NCBI GenBank assembly: GCA_030167145.1
Contig: CP126532.1
Location: 4,675,189-4,739,188, forward strand
Direction of reading: 5' to 3'
From: Ktedonobacterales bacterium
GTDB lineage: Bacteria; Chloroflexota; Ktedonobacteria; Ktedonobacterales; JADMIN01
Length of the DNA: 64,000 bases
Shown: positions 36,253 through 45,564 of the stretch, in pieces
How positions within the stretch are numbered: the stretch's first letter is position 1
Layout of the letters: the number at the start of each line of letters is the position of its first letter
Made by a program: the position numbers and the translations under genes
Notes under the pieces: generated by a model
The model's database searches: none
Seen by the model: only the letters and a program-made list of their open reading frames with translations
Told to the model about the DNA's origin: nothing

Positions 36253-37017
36253 ATGGACGTCATCTTCAACAATCTCTCGGGCGCCGCCCCGGCGTTGCTC
36301 GCTGGAACCATTACCACCATTGTCGCTGCGTTGCTTGCGGGCATTCTCGCTATGCTCTTCGGCATTCCCGCAGGCTTCGGACGTCTCTCGCGTGTGCCGC
36401 TGATCCGTAGTATCAGCACCTTCTATGTCGAAACCATCCGCGGCACACCGTTGCTGCTTCAGTTGTTCGTCTGGTTCTATGCTGTGAAGATCTTACTGCT
36501 GACGATCTTCAACCTGAACGTAGATACCTTCGCCTACAGCCTCCTCACCGATATCAACTCGAACAGTATTTTTCCACGCGATACCGGTATCAGCCCCTAT
36601 TTCTTCGCGATCTTCGGCCTGGGCTTCAACTATGGCGCCTATATTGCTGAAGTCATACGCGGTGGCATCGAGGCGGTAGAGCATGGACAGATCGAGGCGG
36701 CGCAGACGCTCGGCCTTGGCAGCTTCCAGATTGCCCGCCTGATCATCCTGCCGCAGGCGTTGCGCATCATGATTCCACCACTGACCAACAACTTCATCAC
36801 CCTGGTGCAGGATACTGCATTCCTCGAGGTGCTCGGCATCGCCGAACTTTCACTGGTGGCTTTGCAGAAGGCCCAAGCGGTGGGTTCCAATGTTACGCTC
36901 CGCTGGTCGTTCTACATCACTGATCTGCTGATCTACTTCGTGATTTGCTACAGCCTCGCGCTTATCTCACGGCATATGGAGCGGCGCGTCGCAGTTACGG
37001 TGAGCGGGGCGCACTAG
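36253..37017 (+). CDS. Amino-acid ABC transporter permease
   Basis: GAYIAEVIRGGIEAVEHGQIEAAQTLGLGSFQIARLIILPQALR (EAA motif). Five to six TM helices. Confidence 0.9.
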   Translation: MDVIFNNLSGAAPALLAGTITTIVAALLAGILAMLFGIPAGFGRLSRVPLIRSISTFYVETIRGTPLLLQLFVWFYAVKILLLTIFNLNVDTFAYSLLTDINSNSIFPRDTGISPYFFAIFGLGFNYGAYIAEVIRGGIEAVEHGQIEAAQTLGLGSFQIARLIILPQALRIMIPPLTNNFITLVQDTAFLEVLGIAELSLVALQKAQAVGSNVTLRWSFYITDLLIYFVICYSLALISRHMERRVAVTVSGAH

Positions 37018-37025
37018 CCGCACAC

Positions 37026-37075
37026 GGTGAAGCCGCGCCCGGCCGGCAGCATTGGCGGCGGGGCGCGGCTTCACC
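37026..37075. terminator. Bidirectional terminator-like hairpin: perfect 15-bp inverted repeat (GGTGAAGCCGCGCCC / GGGCGCGGCTTCACC), 20-nt loop
   Basis: Read directly from the sequence. It sits exactly between the convergent permease (stop 37017) and DoxX-like gene (stop 37087). Confidence 0.6.
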
Positions 37076-37086
37076 CGACACGAGGC

Positions 37087-37761
37087 TTACGAGGTGGCGG
37101 CGCCTTGCGGCATGCGCGGTGTCGTTTCGGCATCCGCGTGGGTAGTGGGTGGTGTCTGCGTCAGCGAGCCGGTCCACGGCGTGCCGAGCAGCGGCAGCAG
37201 GTAGCGGTCAACACCGTAGTACCCCGCGACGCGCCACGCCAGCACCAGGAACAGCGCCAGGATACCCAGGATGGGGTTTGTGCTGACGGCGCCCGCCAGC
37301 AGATAGTTGAAGTTCATGAACAGGCCAAAGAACGCTGCGACGCCAGTGAGCGCGCCGACCAGCAGGCCAACGCCAACCAGGATCTCACCAAACGTGACGG
37401 CATAGGCCCAGAAGCCCGCATTGGGGAGCACAAAAGTTTGCAGGAAATTCGCATACCAGCCCTGCACATTTGGGTGCTGGCCAGTGGTCTGTTTCAGCGC
37501 GCCACCCACGAAGCCTTTGATGGCCGCGCCGGAGTTGGCGGTGAAAACCCAGGCATTGCCGGTGCTCTCACCGAACGAGCCAATGGCGATGGAATGCCCA
37601 GTCAGCTTTTCCCAGCCTGCGGTCAACCATTCATAGCCGACATACAGGCGGACAATAAGCCAAAACCAGGCCATACGAGTGTCGGCAAATAAGAACCTTG
37701 CGATAGGCGGTTCGGGAATCTGCGTCGCGGCCTGTGGCCGGATCGTTGATGTGAAGCGCAT
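37087..37761 (-). CDS. DoxX-family membrane protein
   Basis: Four hydrophobic helices. The RLYVGYEWLTAGWEKL motif resembles the DoxX first helix. The C-terminal tail is polar. Confidence 0.6.
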   Translation of the reverse strand: MRFTSTIRPQAATQIPEPPIARFLFADTRMAWFWLIVRLYVGYEWLTAGWEKLTGHSIAIGSFGESTGNAWVFTANSGAAIKGFVGGALKQTTGQHPNVQGWYANFLQTFVLPNAGFWAYAVTFGEILVGVGLLVGALTGVAAFFGLFMNFNYLLAGAVSTNPILGILALFLVLAWRVAGYYGVDRYLLPLLGTPWTGSLTQTPPTTHADAETTPRMPQGAATS

Positions 37762-38138
37762 GGAAATGTCTCCTCGTGGACGGGAATGCTGGCACCCATG
37801 CCTGCTGGCGGTTGGCCACGTTGTGTGTCATGCTTCTCTCCGTCCGACACCCCTAGGATAGAGCCTCCTTCTCACATGCGTCTCGCGGTCGGGCACACTC
37901 ATCTCACAGACACATCACGAGGGCGCCACTCGATGCATGGACGTGGTATGGGACATGCGGCGATGCCTGGCGTATGTCTGATGTGCGCGCGCTGTGAGAT
38001 AAGGTTGGCGTGTTGTGACGTGTTCTTGATGCGGATTCGTGATGGTACGTAAGGAAGGCCGGAACATTCCGGCAAGTCGGGTAGTGTCCGGTATCGGGCT
38101 GGCAGTGGCCACCGGCACGAAAGAAAGGCAGGAACCGA

Positions 38139-39062
38139 ATGTTTACACGGATAGTGGTTCCGCTGGACGGAACGCGCTTTGCTGAGGCCGCTCTGGCTCC
38201 AGCACGGGAACTAGCCCGCGCGTTCGGCTCGCGAATTCTCGTGGTGCGCGCCGCGCCGCCAATTGCGCCAATTAGCAGCGATATCGAGCGTGACCTGGAG
38301 CAGGTGGATGCGGCAGATGCGTATCTGCATGACATCGTCAGCCATCTGCGGGCAGCAAACTACAATGCGGATATGGCGCTCTATCTTGCGGAGCCAGGGA
38401 TGAGCATCGCGGGCGCTGCCTTACTCGACAACGCGGATCTAATCGTCATGGCGGCCCACCTGCGCTGGAAGGACGGCGCAACCAGCCGTGCCAGCACCAC
38501 TGAGGACGTGCTGGCGCGTGCGTCTGTCCCCCTGCTGGTGTGGCGCGTTGGCGCTGCCCAGGAGAGTGAGGGTGGCCCGGATGTGGAGGAGCGCCCGCCA
38601 TATTTTTTGAACAGCGCCGAGCCGATTGTGGTTGCGCTGGATGGCACACCCTTTGCCGAGCAAGCGTTACCAATGGCTGAGACGCTCGCGCGCACGTTCG
38701 GCACCTACCTCTTGCTGGTGCGCGCGATGCGGCGGGGCGCGGAAGTGACCGAAGGTGAGGTACGGCAATATCTGTTGCGGATCAAGCAGCAACTTGCGGA
38801 GCGTGGCATCCAGGCGACGACACTGACGCGCCCCGGTGATCCGCTTGGCGTGCTCGAAGCGGCCTGGCGCGAGTATGACGGCAGCATGATCGTGATGACA
38901 ACCCACGGCTACGCTGACACGCGGCGACGTGCCTTCGGCAGCCTGGCCACGCGCATGGTGACGGAGATCGAAGCGCCAGTGCTGATCGTGCGCGCGAGCG
39001 GCGCTTCGGCGATGCCGACCGATCAGGCCAGCGCGTGGCCTGGTCCTGACATCCCCGTATAA
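38139..39062 (+). CDS. Universal stress protein, tandem UspA domains
   Basis: Two repeats, each starting (R/P)IVV(P/A)LDGT.FAE.AL and ending with (V/L)L(V/I)(W/V)R after VMAAH/MTTHGY segments. Confidence 0.85.
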   Translation: MFTRIVVPLDGTRFAEAALAPARELARAFGSRILVVRAAPPIAPISSDIERDLEQVDAADAYLHDIVSHLRAANYNADMALYLAEPGMSIAGAALLDNADLIVMAAHLRWKDGATSRASTTEDVLARASVPLLVWRVGAAQESEGGPDVEERPPYFLNSAEPIVVALDGTPFAEQALPMAETLARTFGTYLLLVRAMRRGAEVTEGEVRQYLLRIKQQLAERGIQATTLTRPGDPLGVLEAAWREYDGSMIVMTTHGYADTRRRAFGSLATRMVTEIEAPVLIVRASGASAMPTDQASAWPGPDIPV

Positions 39063-39078
39063 AGGAGAGCGGGGGCAT

Positions 39079-40053
39079 ATGAGCGAGATCCAGCGGCTGG
39101 CGGTGCTCACTAGCGGCGGGGACGCGCCGGGGATGAATGCGGCAATCCGCGCGGTGGTGCGTGCCGCAGCGGCGTGTCAGGTGGAGACGGTTGGTGTACG
39201 CGATGGCTTTGCCGGCCTGCTCGCTGGCCGCTTCCAGCCGCTGGATGATCGCTCGGTGGGGGGTATCTTGCATCGTGGCGGCACGATTCTGGGAAGTACA
39301 CGCTGCCCGGACTTCCATACATTCGAGGCGCGGGAGCGAGCGCTGATAGCCCTGGGCGAGCAAGATGTCGGCGGGTTGGTGGTAATCGGCGGCGATGGCT
39401 CGCAGCGGGGCGCACTGGCGCTGCATCAGATGGGGCTGCCAGTGGTGGGGATAGCCTCGACGATAGATAACGACCTGGCGGAGACTGAAGCGACGATTGG
39501 CTTCGATACGGCGCTCAACACCGCCATGAGCGCGATTGACCGACTCAAAGATACGGCCACCTCGCACCATCGTGCATTCCTGGTGGAGGTTATGGGCCGA
39601 AATTCGGGATATCTGGCGCTGCTGGCGGCGCTCGCGACCGGTGCGGAGTTTGCTGTCCTGCCAGAGCGAGAGATGCCGCTCGAAGCAGTAGCGGACGACA
39701 TTCAGGCGAGTTATGCTCGTGGCAAAGCGCACTATATCGCGGTAGTCGCCGAGGGCGCGAAGCCTTCGGCAAACACACTGGCAGCGTATCTGCGCCAGCA
39801 TCCCTGTGCCTTCGACATCCGGCTGACCGTGTTGGGGCATGTGCAGCGTGGCGGCTCGCCCTCAGCGAACGATCGTCTGCTGGCCAGCCGGTTGGGTGCG
39901 GCGGCGGTGAGCGCGTTGCTTGCGGAGCGGGAGGGGGTGGTAGTGGGCTGGCGTGCGGGAGCAGTGGTTGAGATCGGGATGGATGCGGCGGTAGCGCCGT
40001 GCAATAAGGTGACTCCAGAGTTGCTGGAGCTTGCGGACATGCTGGCACGCTAA
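39079..40053 (+). CDS. pfkA: ATP-dependent 6-phosphofructokinase
   Basis: LTSGGDAPGMNAAIRAVVR, IGGDGS, TIDNDL, MGRNSGYLAL and LGHVQRGG. Confidence 0.95.
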   Translation: MSEIQRLAVLTSGGDAPGMNAAIRAVVRAAAACQVETVGVRDGFAGLLAGRFQPLDDRSVGGILHRGGTILGSTRCPDFHTFEARERALIALGEQDVGGLVVIGGDGSQRGALALHQMGLPVVGIASTIDNDLAETEATIGFDTALNTAMSAIDRLKDTATSHHRAFLVEVMGRNSGYLALLAALATGAEFAVLPEREMPLEAVADDIQASYARGKAHYIAVVAEGAKPSANTLAAYLRQHPCAFDIRLTVLGHVQRGGSPSANDRLLASRLGAAAVSALLAEREGVVVGWRAGAVVEIGMDAAVAPCNKVTPELLELADMLAR

Positions 40054-40096
40054 GCAGTCGCGGGGAGGGGCAAGCCATGGCGCAGGTCATGGCGCA

Positions 40097-40126
40097 TTGC
40101 GAGGCAGCGTGGGGAATGCGTACAAT
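40097..40126 (+). promoter_or_regulatory. Candidate promoter TTGCGA-18 nt-TACAAT ending 6 nt before the holA ATG (leaderless-type arrangement)
   Basis: The sequence reads TTGCGAggcagcgtggggaatgcgTACAATgcaggcATG. There is no SD. Confidence 0.35.
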
Positions 40127-40132
40127 GCAGGC

Positions 40133-41209
40133 ATGTTTTTCCTGCTACATGGCCCCGATGAGTTTTCGGCGCGCGAAGAGCTGGCCCGGCTGCGCCAGAC
40201 AGAGGATTTCGGCTACAGCCAGGACACGTTCGCGGGCGCGGACGGCCAACTCGACTCCATTCTGGCGACCTGTGATACGCTGCCCTTTCTGAGCGAGCGG
40301 CGGCTGGTCGTGGTCGAAGGGCTGCCCAAGCGAAAACGAGCCAGCAAGGCGGGGGAAGGCGGTGAAGCCGCCGAGGTTGGCGACTCGCCCGCGCCACCGG
40401 AAGCAATTGCCCCCGCGAAGATTGGCGGCAAAGGGAAAAAGGCGAAGGCCGCATCTGGAGCTGATCCGCGCGCCTTCGCGCAAGGATTGGCGGCGCACGT
40501 CTCGAAACTTCCAGAGAGTACTGTCCTGGTCGTGCTGGTGGATGAACTGCTCGAAGCCACGAATCCACTGGTGCAGGCGGCGCAGAAAAATGGCACGGCG
40601 CGGGCTTTCACGCCGCCGAAGGGCGCGCAGCTTGAGGATTGGCTGGCGAAGCGCGCATCTGTGAGCGGCGCACGTCTGATGCCACACGCGGCACGGCTGC
40701 TGGCCAGCGAGGTGGGCGACAACTTACGGCTGCTGGCCAGCGAGATCGAGAAGCTCAGCACCTACGTCGGTCAGGGCGGCACGATTCGCGTGGACGAGGT
40801 GCGGCTGCTCAGCCCGTCGTCACGGCAGGCGCGGGTATTCGATCTGACCGACGCACTGGCGCGGCGCGACCATTCGCGGGCGCTGGCGCTGCTGCATGAG
40901 CTATTGGCGGCGGGAGAGTCGCCGCTGGGGATTGTTGCTATGACGGCCTATCAGACGCGGACGCTGATGCAGGTGAAATCGCTTGCCGAGCGCGGGCTGC
41001 GTCCGCCGCAGATCGCCCAGACTGCCGGTATGGCGCCATTCGTCGTGGATAAGACGTTGCCGCTGGCGCGACAATTCTCGTTTGCCCAGCTCGAAGCGGC
41101 ACACCGCACACTGCTGGATGTAGATCGCGCGCTCAAGAGCAGCCGTATGACCCCGGAGATGGCGCTGGACCTGCTGGTTGTAGAGTTTGGCAAAGCGGTA
41201 TCAGCCTGA
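40133..41209 (+). CDS. holA: DNA polymerase III delta subunit
   Basis: MFFLLHGPDEFSAREEL, LPFLSERRLVVVEGL, and VFDLTDALARRD...ALALLHELLAAGESPLGIVAMTAYQTR. The internal ATG at 40133 was chosen over the track start at 40031, which overlaps pfkA. Confidence 0.85.
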   Translation: MFFLLHGPDEFSAREELARLRQTEDFGYSQDTFAGADGQLDSILATCDTLPFLSERRLVVVEGLPKRKRASKAGEGGEAAEVGDSPAPPEAIAPAKIGGKGKKAKAASGADPRAFAQGLAAHVSKLPESTVLVVLVDELLEATNPLVQAAQKNGTARAFTPPKGAQLEDWLAKRASVSGARLMPHAARLLASEVGDNLRLLASEIEKLSTYVGQGGTIRVDEVRLLSPSSRQARVFDLTDALARRDHSRALALLHELLAAGESPLGIVAMTAYQTRTLMQVKSLAERGLRPPQIAQTAGMAPFVVDKTLPLARQFSFAQLEAAHRTLLDVDRALKSSRMTPEMALDLLVVEFGKAVSA

Positions 41210-41345
41210 CGCGCGGAGATAATACTGCTGATATTGCTAGTACCATCCGGCCAGGCTTGCGGCTGTAAGGAGGGTGCGCGATGACAGCGGCGCAGGCATC
41301 TGATATGCTCAGGAGGAGCGCGGCGCAAGCGGAAAGGGCGAACGA

Positions 41346-42965
41346 GTGGCGCAAACGGATGAGATAAGCAGGGGAATCACGAAGCAGAGAGCGGGCGTGC
41401 CGAATCCACTGCGCTGGCTGGCGAGCCTGCCGTGGGAGACGCGCGCGTTGTTGATTGTCTGTGGGCTTGGGTTGCTGTTGCGCCTGTGGCCCCTGGGCGG
41501 CGGTTCGCTTGACTATGATGAGGGCGTCTACTGGCAATCGCTGCGGGCGCTGTCTGCGGGACACCCACTCTTCACCGACATTTTCAGTTCGCAGCCGCCG
41601 GGGTTCCTGCTCTGCATCTATCCGTTCTATCTGCTCTTCGGCCAATCTCTGGTTGCCGCGCGACTTGCAATCATGCTCTATTCGCTGGCTGGGTTGGTCG
41701 CGATGTATCTGCTAGGACGGGCGATTGGTGGTCGCTGGACGGGCATCGTCGCTTGCGCGCTGCTCGCGGTTGACCCGCTTTACCTGATCGAGTCACGTAC
41801 ACTCCAGGCCGAGGCTCCGTCGGTGGCATTTCAACTCGCCTGCGTGGCGCTGGCGGCGCTGGCTATGCGCCGGACGGGACGTGCGCGACATCTGCTGGCG
41901 CTGGCGAGTGGGGTTGCGCTGGGCCTGGGCGTGATGGTGAAGCTCTTCGATGTCGTGGCGGCGGTCCCGGCGCTGATGTACCTGCTGCTGCCTGTTGGCC
42001 TGGTCTGCTTGGACGAGATGGGAAGATTGCGGCGACCAGCGCGACGGGACCTGGTGCATGGCGCGCGAGAGGCGTTGCCCGATGTGGCGCTGCTGGTGGT
42101 GGGGACAGTGGGGGCCATGCTGCTGGTGTTGTTGCCGTACCTGCCACACTGGGGAGCGGTCTACGATCAGGTTGTGGCGTTCCACCTTCGTGCGGGACAT
42201 GCGTTTAACTATGGATTGCTACACAACTTGCAGGAGATCGCGCGTGCGGGTGAGGAATATCCCGTCTTTATCGTGGCGGTGGTAGCGGTGGCGTTCGCAG
42301 TCTATCGGCGTGACTGGCGCATTCTGCCGCCTGCGCTGTGGCTCCTCGTGTCGTTTATATTTCTCGTGCAACAACAGCCACTTCTCGACCATCACCGTGT
42401 GCTGCTCTCCGCGCCACTGGCGCTCACGGCGGCGGTTGGGCTGGCAATTGCCGCGTCGGTCTGGCCGAACAGTGCGCCTGCTGGCAAGCGGCGGTCACTG
42501 CCGCCAGATCATCAGCGTCAGCGCCAAGGCGTGGCGATGTTGGCACTGACGGGGCTAACGCTCATCGCTGGGCTAGCATTTGGCTTGCATGACGCACGTA
42601 TCTCGGCGCAGCCTCCCACCGAAGCGCAGATGCAGATGGTGGTCGCGTTGGAGCGCCTGACCGTGCCGGGCGCGGTGGTGGTCTGCGACGACCAGTACAT
42701 CGCCGGGTTGGCGGATCGCAATGTGCCGCCAGAGTTGGTGGATACGTCGCTGGTGCGGATCAGGGCGGGGTATCTGACGGCGACGCAACTCGAAGCAGCC
42801 ATTACGCGCTCGAATGCGCGGGCGATTCTCTTCGCCAGCGGGCGCTTTGAGTTGATTCCTGGCTTCAAGGAGTGGGTACAGGCGAACTTTCCGCAGCAAG
42901 TGAACGCAGGTGACGGCCATATCCTCTATATGAAAGCGCCGACGCCAAGTAGTGCTCCGGTGTAG
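41346..42965 (+). CDS. GT39/GT83-like (ArnT/PMT_2) membrane glycosyltransferase
   Basis: A multi-pass N-terminal domain with an early loop LDYDEGVYW (the DE motif of the ArnT/PMT family), followed by a soluble C-terminal domain. Confidence 0.75.
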   Translation: MAQTDEISRGITKQRAGVPNPLRWLASLPWETRALLIVCGLGLLLRLWPLGGGSLDYDEGVYWQSLRALSAGHPLFTDIFSSQPPGFLLCIYPFYLLFGQSLVAARLAIMLYSLAGLVAMYLLGRAIGGRWTGIVACALLAVDPLYLIESRTLQAEAPSVAFQLACVALAALAMRRTGRARHLLALASGVALGLGVMVKLFDVVAAVPALMYLLLPVGLVCLDEMGRLRRPARRDLVHGAREALPDVALLVVGTVGAMLLVLLPYLPHWGAVYDQVVAFHLRAGHAFNYGLLHNLQEIARAGEEYPVFIVAVVAVAFAVYRRDWRILPPALWLLVSFIFLVQQQPLLDHHRVLLSAPLALTAAVGLAIAASVWPNSAPAGKRRSLPPDHQRQRQGVAMLALTGLTLIAGLAFGLHDARISAQPPTEAQMQMVVALERLTVPGAVVVCDDQYIAGLADRNVPPELVDTSLVRIRAGYLTATQLEAAITRSNARAILFASGRFELIPGFKEWVQANFPQQVNAGDGHILYMKAPTPSSAPV

Positions 42966-42969
42966 CCGC

Positions 42970-43815
42970 TCACAGCTTGACCAGGGCGAGCGTGGTAAGC
43001 AGCGGCACGAGCAGCAGCACAGACCAGTCCGCAAGACGCAAGCGGCCTTCGTGGAGCAGCGTGGCTTTGCCAGTGACGCCGTAGCCCCGTGCTTCCAGCG
43101 CCGAAGACAAACCTTCCGCGCGGCGCAACGCTCCCTGGACGAGCGGCACCAGCAGCGTACCCAAGCGTCGGGCGCGGTCAACGAGCGAACCGGTAGTGAA
43201 GTCCGCGCCGCGCGACATCTGTGCTTTGATGAGTTGCTCGGTTTCCTGCACCAGCACGGGGATGAAGCGCAGTGAGATCAGCGTCATCAACCCGAAGTCT
43301 TCGACCGGCAGCCGGAGCAGCTTCAGTGGGCGCAGCAGCAGCATGACGCCCTCAGCCAGCGCGACGGGAGTAGTGGTGAGTGTCAGGGTCATCGAGCCGA
43401 GGAATAGCAGCAGGAAGATCGCGGTAAACGAGATTACGAACCAGATGCCATCGTAGGTGACGACAATCGGGCCGAGTGGAAGCTGATTGCCGTCCACAGT
43501 CACGACCACCGGGCCGAAGGTATGCCAGGTGATGCCTGGTGTCCACATCAGCGAAAACGGAATACCGATCAGCAAGAGGATCACCAGAATACGCATGCGC
43601 CGCCAGATGTAGCCGAAGTCCACCCGCGCGATGAAGAGGCCGAGTAGCAGCAAGCCAAACATCATGGCATAAGCGCCGTAATGGAAGTAGCGGTGATTCG
43701 CCGCGAAGCATATGGCAGCCAGCCATGCCAGCACAAGCAGCTTGGTCCGTGCGCGCAACCGGTGCATGAAGGAGTGCCCCGGAACATAGACGCCAATAGG
43801 CAGATTATGAAGCAT
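42970..43815 (-). CDS. ecfT: ECF transporter transmembrane (T) component
   Basis: CbiQ/EcfT-like TM pattern with a C-terminal coupling-helix region (ARxLxxRG: ALEARGYG). It overlaps the ecfA2 end. Confidence 0.85.
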   Translation of the reverse strand: MLHNLPIGVYVPGHSFMHRLRARTKLLVLAWLAAICFAANHRYFHYGAYAMMFGLLLLGLFIARVDFGYIWRRMRILVILLLIGIPFSLMWTPGITWHTFGPVVVTVDGNQLPLGPIVVTYDGIWFVISFTAIFLLLFLGSMTLTLTTTPVALAEGVMLLLRPLKLLRLPVEDFGLMTLISLRFIPVLVQETEQLIKAQMSRGADFTTGSLVDRARRLGTLLVPLVQGALRRAEGLSSALEARGYGVTGKATLLHEGRLRLADWSVLLLVPLLTTLALVKL

Positions 43816-44725
43816 GGGGCGTCTCCTGCGCTGGAGGCGTCGCGGCGATAGCTTGGTCGTGATGTGTCTGCCGCGCTTGCACCAGCGCCTCAGCTACTCG
43901 CTCAGGCGTCAGCAAATCTGGGGAGACGGAATAGCCTCGCTCACGTGCCAGCGTGACGGCCTGGGCCAGCGGCGGCGGCAATAGCCCGCAGGAAAGGATG
44001 TCGTCTACCCGCTGAAAAACGTCTTCCGGTGGGCCAGAGAGCCGTAGCTCGCCGTTTGCCAGCACGAAGACGGTATCAGCCAGGTTGGCGACCTCGCCCA
44101 TGTCGTGTGAAACAAGCACGATGGTCAAGCCCTCACTGACGCGCAGGTTTAGCAGTTGGGCGTAGAGTTCGTCGCGGGCCTCAGCGTCCAGCCCGGCGCT
44201 CGGCTCGTCCAGCACTAGCACACGCGGGCGCATCGCCAGCACGCCAGCCAGGGCTACCCGCCGCCGCTGCCCGCCGCTGAGCGCGAACGGCGAGCGGTAG
44301 AGCAGTGTTGCATCATCACCCAGCGCGACGGCACGCATGGCGGTGTGTACGCGCTCGCGAATTTCACTATCCTTCAGCTTGAGTTGTCGAGGGCCGAACG
44401 CGACATCATCGTAGACGGTTGGAGCAAAGAGTTGCGCTTCGGGGAACTGGAAGAGCAGGCCAACACGTCGTCGAAGCTCGATCATGTGTGCCTTGCGTGT
44501 GCCTTGGCTAGTGAGCGCAATCTCATCCACGTGTACGCTGCCGGTGGTGGGATGCAACAGGCCGTTGAAATGCTGCACCAGTGTGGATTTGCCGGAACCT
44601 GTGATGCCGACGATGCCGACGCACTCACCATCGGCGATCCGCAGGCTGATATTGCGCAGGGCAACTTGCTCGTGCGGGGTGCCGGAATTGTAGACATGGG
44701 TCAAATTATCAACGATGATGCTCAT
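43805..44725 (-). CDS. ecfA2: ECF transporter ATPase component A2
   Basis: Walker A GITGSGKST, LSGGQRRRVALAGVLA and LVLDEPSAGLD. Position in the ecfA1-ecfA2-ecfT order. Confidence 0.9.
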   Translation of the reverse strand: MSIIVDNLTHVYNSGTPHEQVALRNISLRIADGECVGIVGITGSGKSTLVQHFNGLLHPTTGSVHVDEIALTSQGTRKAHMIELRRRVGLLFQFPEAQLFAPTVYDDVAFGPRQLKLKDSEIRERVHTAMRAVALGDDATLLYRSPFALSGGQRRRVALAGVLAMRPRVLVLDEPSAGLDAEARDELYAQLLNLRVSEGLTIVLVSHDMGEVANLADTVFVLANGELRLSGPPEDVFQRVDDILSCGLLPPPLAQAVTLARERGYSVSPDLLTPERVAEALVQARQTHHDQAIAATPPAQETPHAS

Positions 44726-45564
44726 CTGGTGGCCTCCAGCGCGCGAACCAATGCCTGCGGCGAAAGGGCGTCCGCCGGAATGTATATTCCGTGTTCGCGC
44801 AGGCGCTGCCCTAGCTCTGCCAACTCCGGAATTACAAGGCGAAGTGCGCGCAGACGGTCAAGGTCGGCGAGTACTGCGGCTGGTGGCCCTTCGAGGATGA
44901 CTCGTCCTGCTTGAAGCACGATGATGCGGTCGGCGAGCGCAGCTTCTTCCAGCAGGTGGGTGACGTGAACGACGGTCAGGCCATGGGTGCGATGCAGATC
45001 ATGCAATAGCGCCACCATTTCGCCACGCGCGCGTGGATCGAGAAGCGCGGTCGGCTCATCGGCGACAATACAGGCAGGCTGCAGCGCCAGCACACCGGCG
45101 ATAGCCAGGCGCTGCCGCTGCCCACCAGATAGCTGGTGCGGCGGGCGCCCGCGCATCTCGGCTAGGCCTACCGCATCGAGCGCAGCGCCCACTCGCTCCA
45201 CAATTCTCGGCTTGGGCCAGCCACGCGCCGCCAGCCCCCACGCTACATCATCCTCGACCAGCGTCGCCACGATCTGGTTGTCGGGATCAGAGAAGATCAT
45301 ACCGACCAACTCGCGGATGCGCTGCCGGGCGTCCGCGTCGCGCGTATCCATGCCATCCACCAATACCTGCCCGCTTGTGGGTAGCAGCAAGCCATTGAGC
45401 AGCCGGGCGAGTGTGGACTTGCCGCTGCCATTGTGGCCCAGCAGCGCCACATAGTCGCCACGCTTCACTTCAAGTGAGACACGGTTGAGCGCGAGCGGCT
45501 GGCCCGTGCCAGCGTTTTCATAGCCGTAGGAGACATGCTCAATGGCGAAGAGGGTGTCGTTCAT
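44722..45564 (-). CDS. ecfA1: ECF transporter ATPase component A1
   Basis: Walker A GHNGSGKST, LSGGQRQRLAIAGVLA and IVADEPTALLD. 4-nt overlaps with both neighbours. Confidence 0.9.
   Translation of the reverse strand: MNDTLFAIEHVSYGYENAGTGQPLALNRVSLEVKRGDYVALLGHNGSGKSTLARLLNGLLLPTSGQVLVDGMDTRDADARQRIRELVGMIFSDPDNQIVATLVEDDVAWGLAARGWPKPRIVERVGAALDAVGLAEMRGRPPHQLSGGQRQRLAIAGVLALQPACIVADEPTALLDPRARGEMVALLHDLHRTHGLTVVHVTHLLEEAALADRIIVLQAGRVILEGPPAAVLADLDRLRALRLVIPELAELGQRLREHGIYIPADALSPQALVRALEATR

Noticed and set aside
38782-39840. 352-aa minus-strand ORF
   Set aside because: It is antisense to the usp and pfkA genes and spans their intergenic gap.
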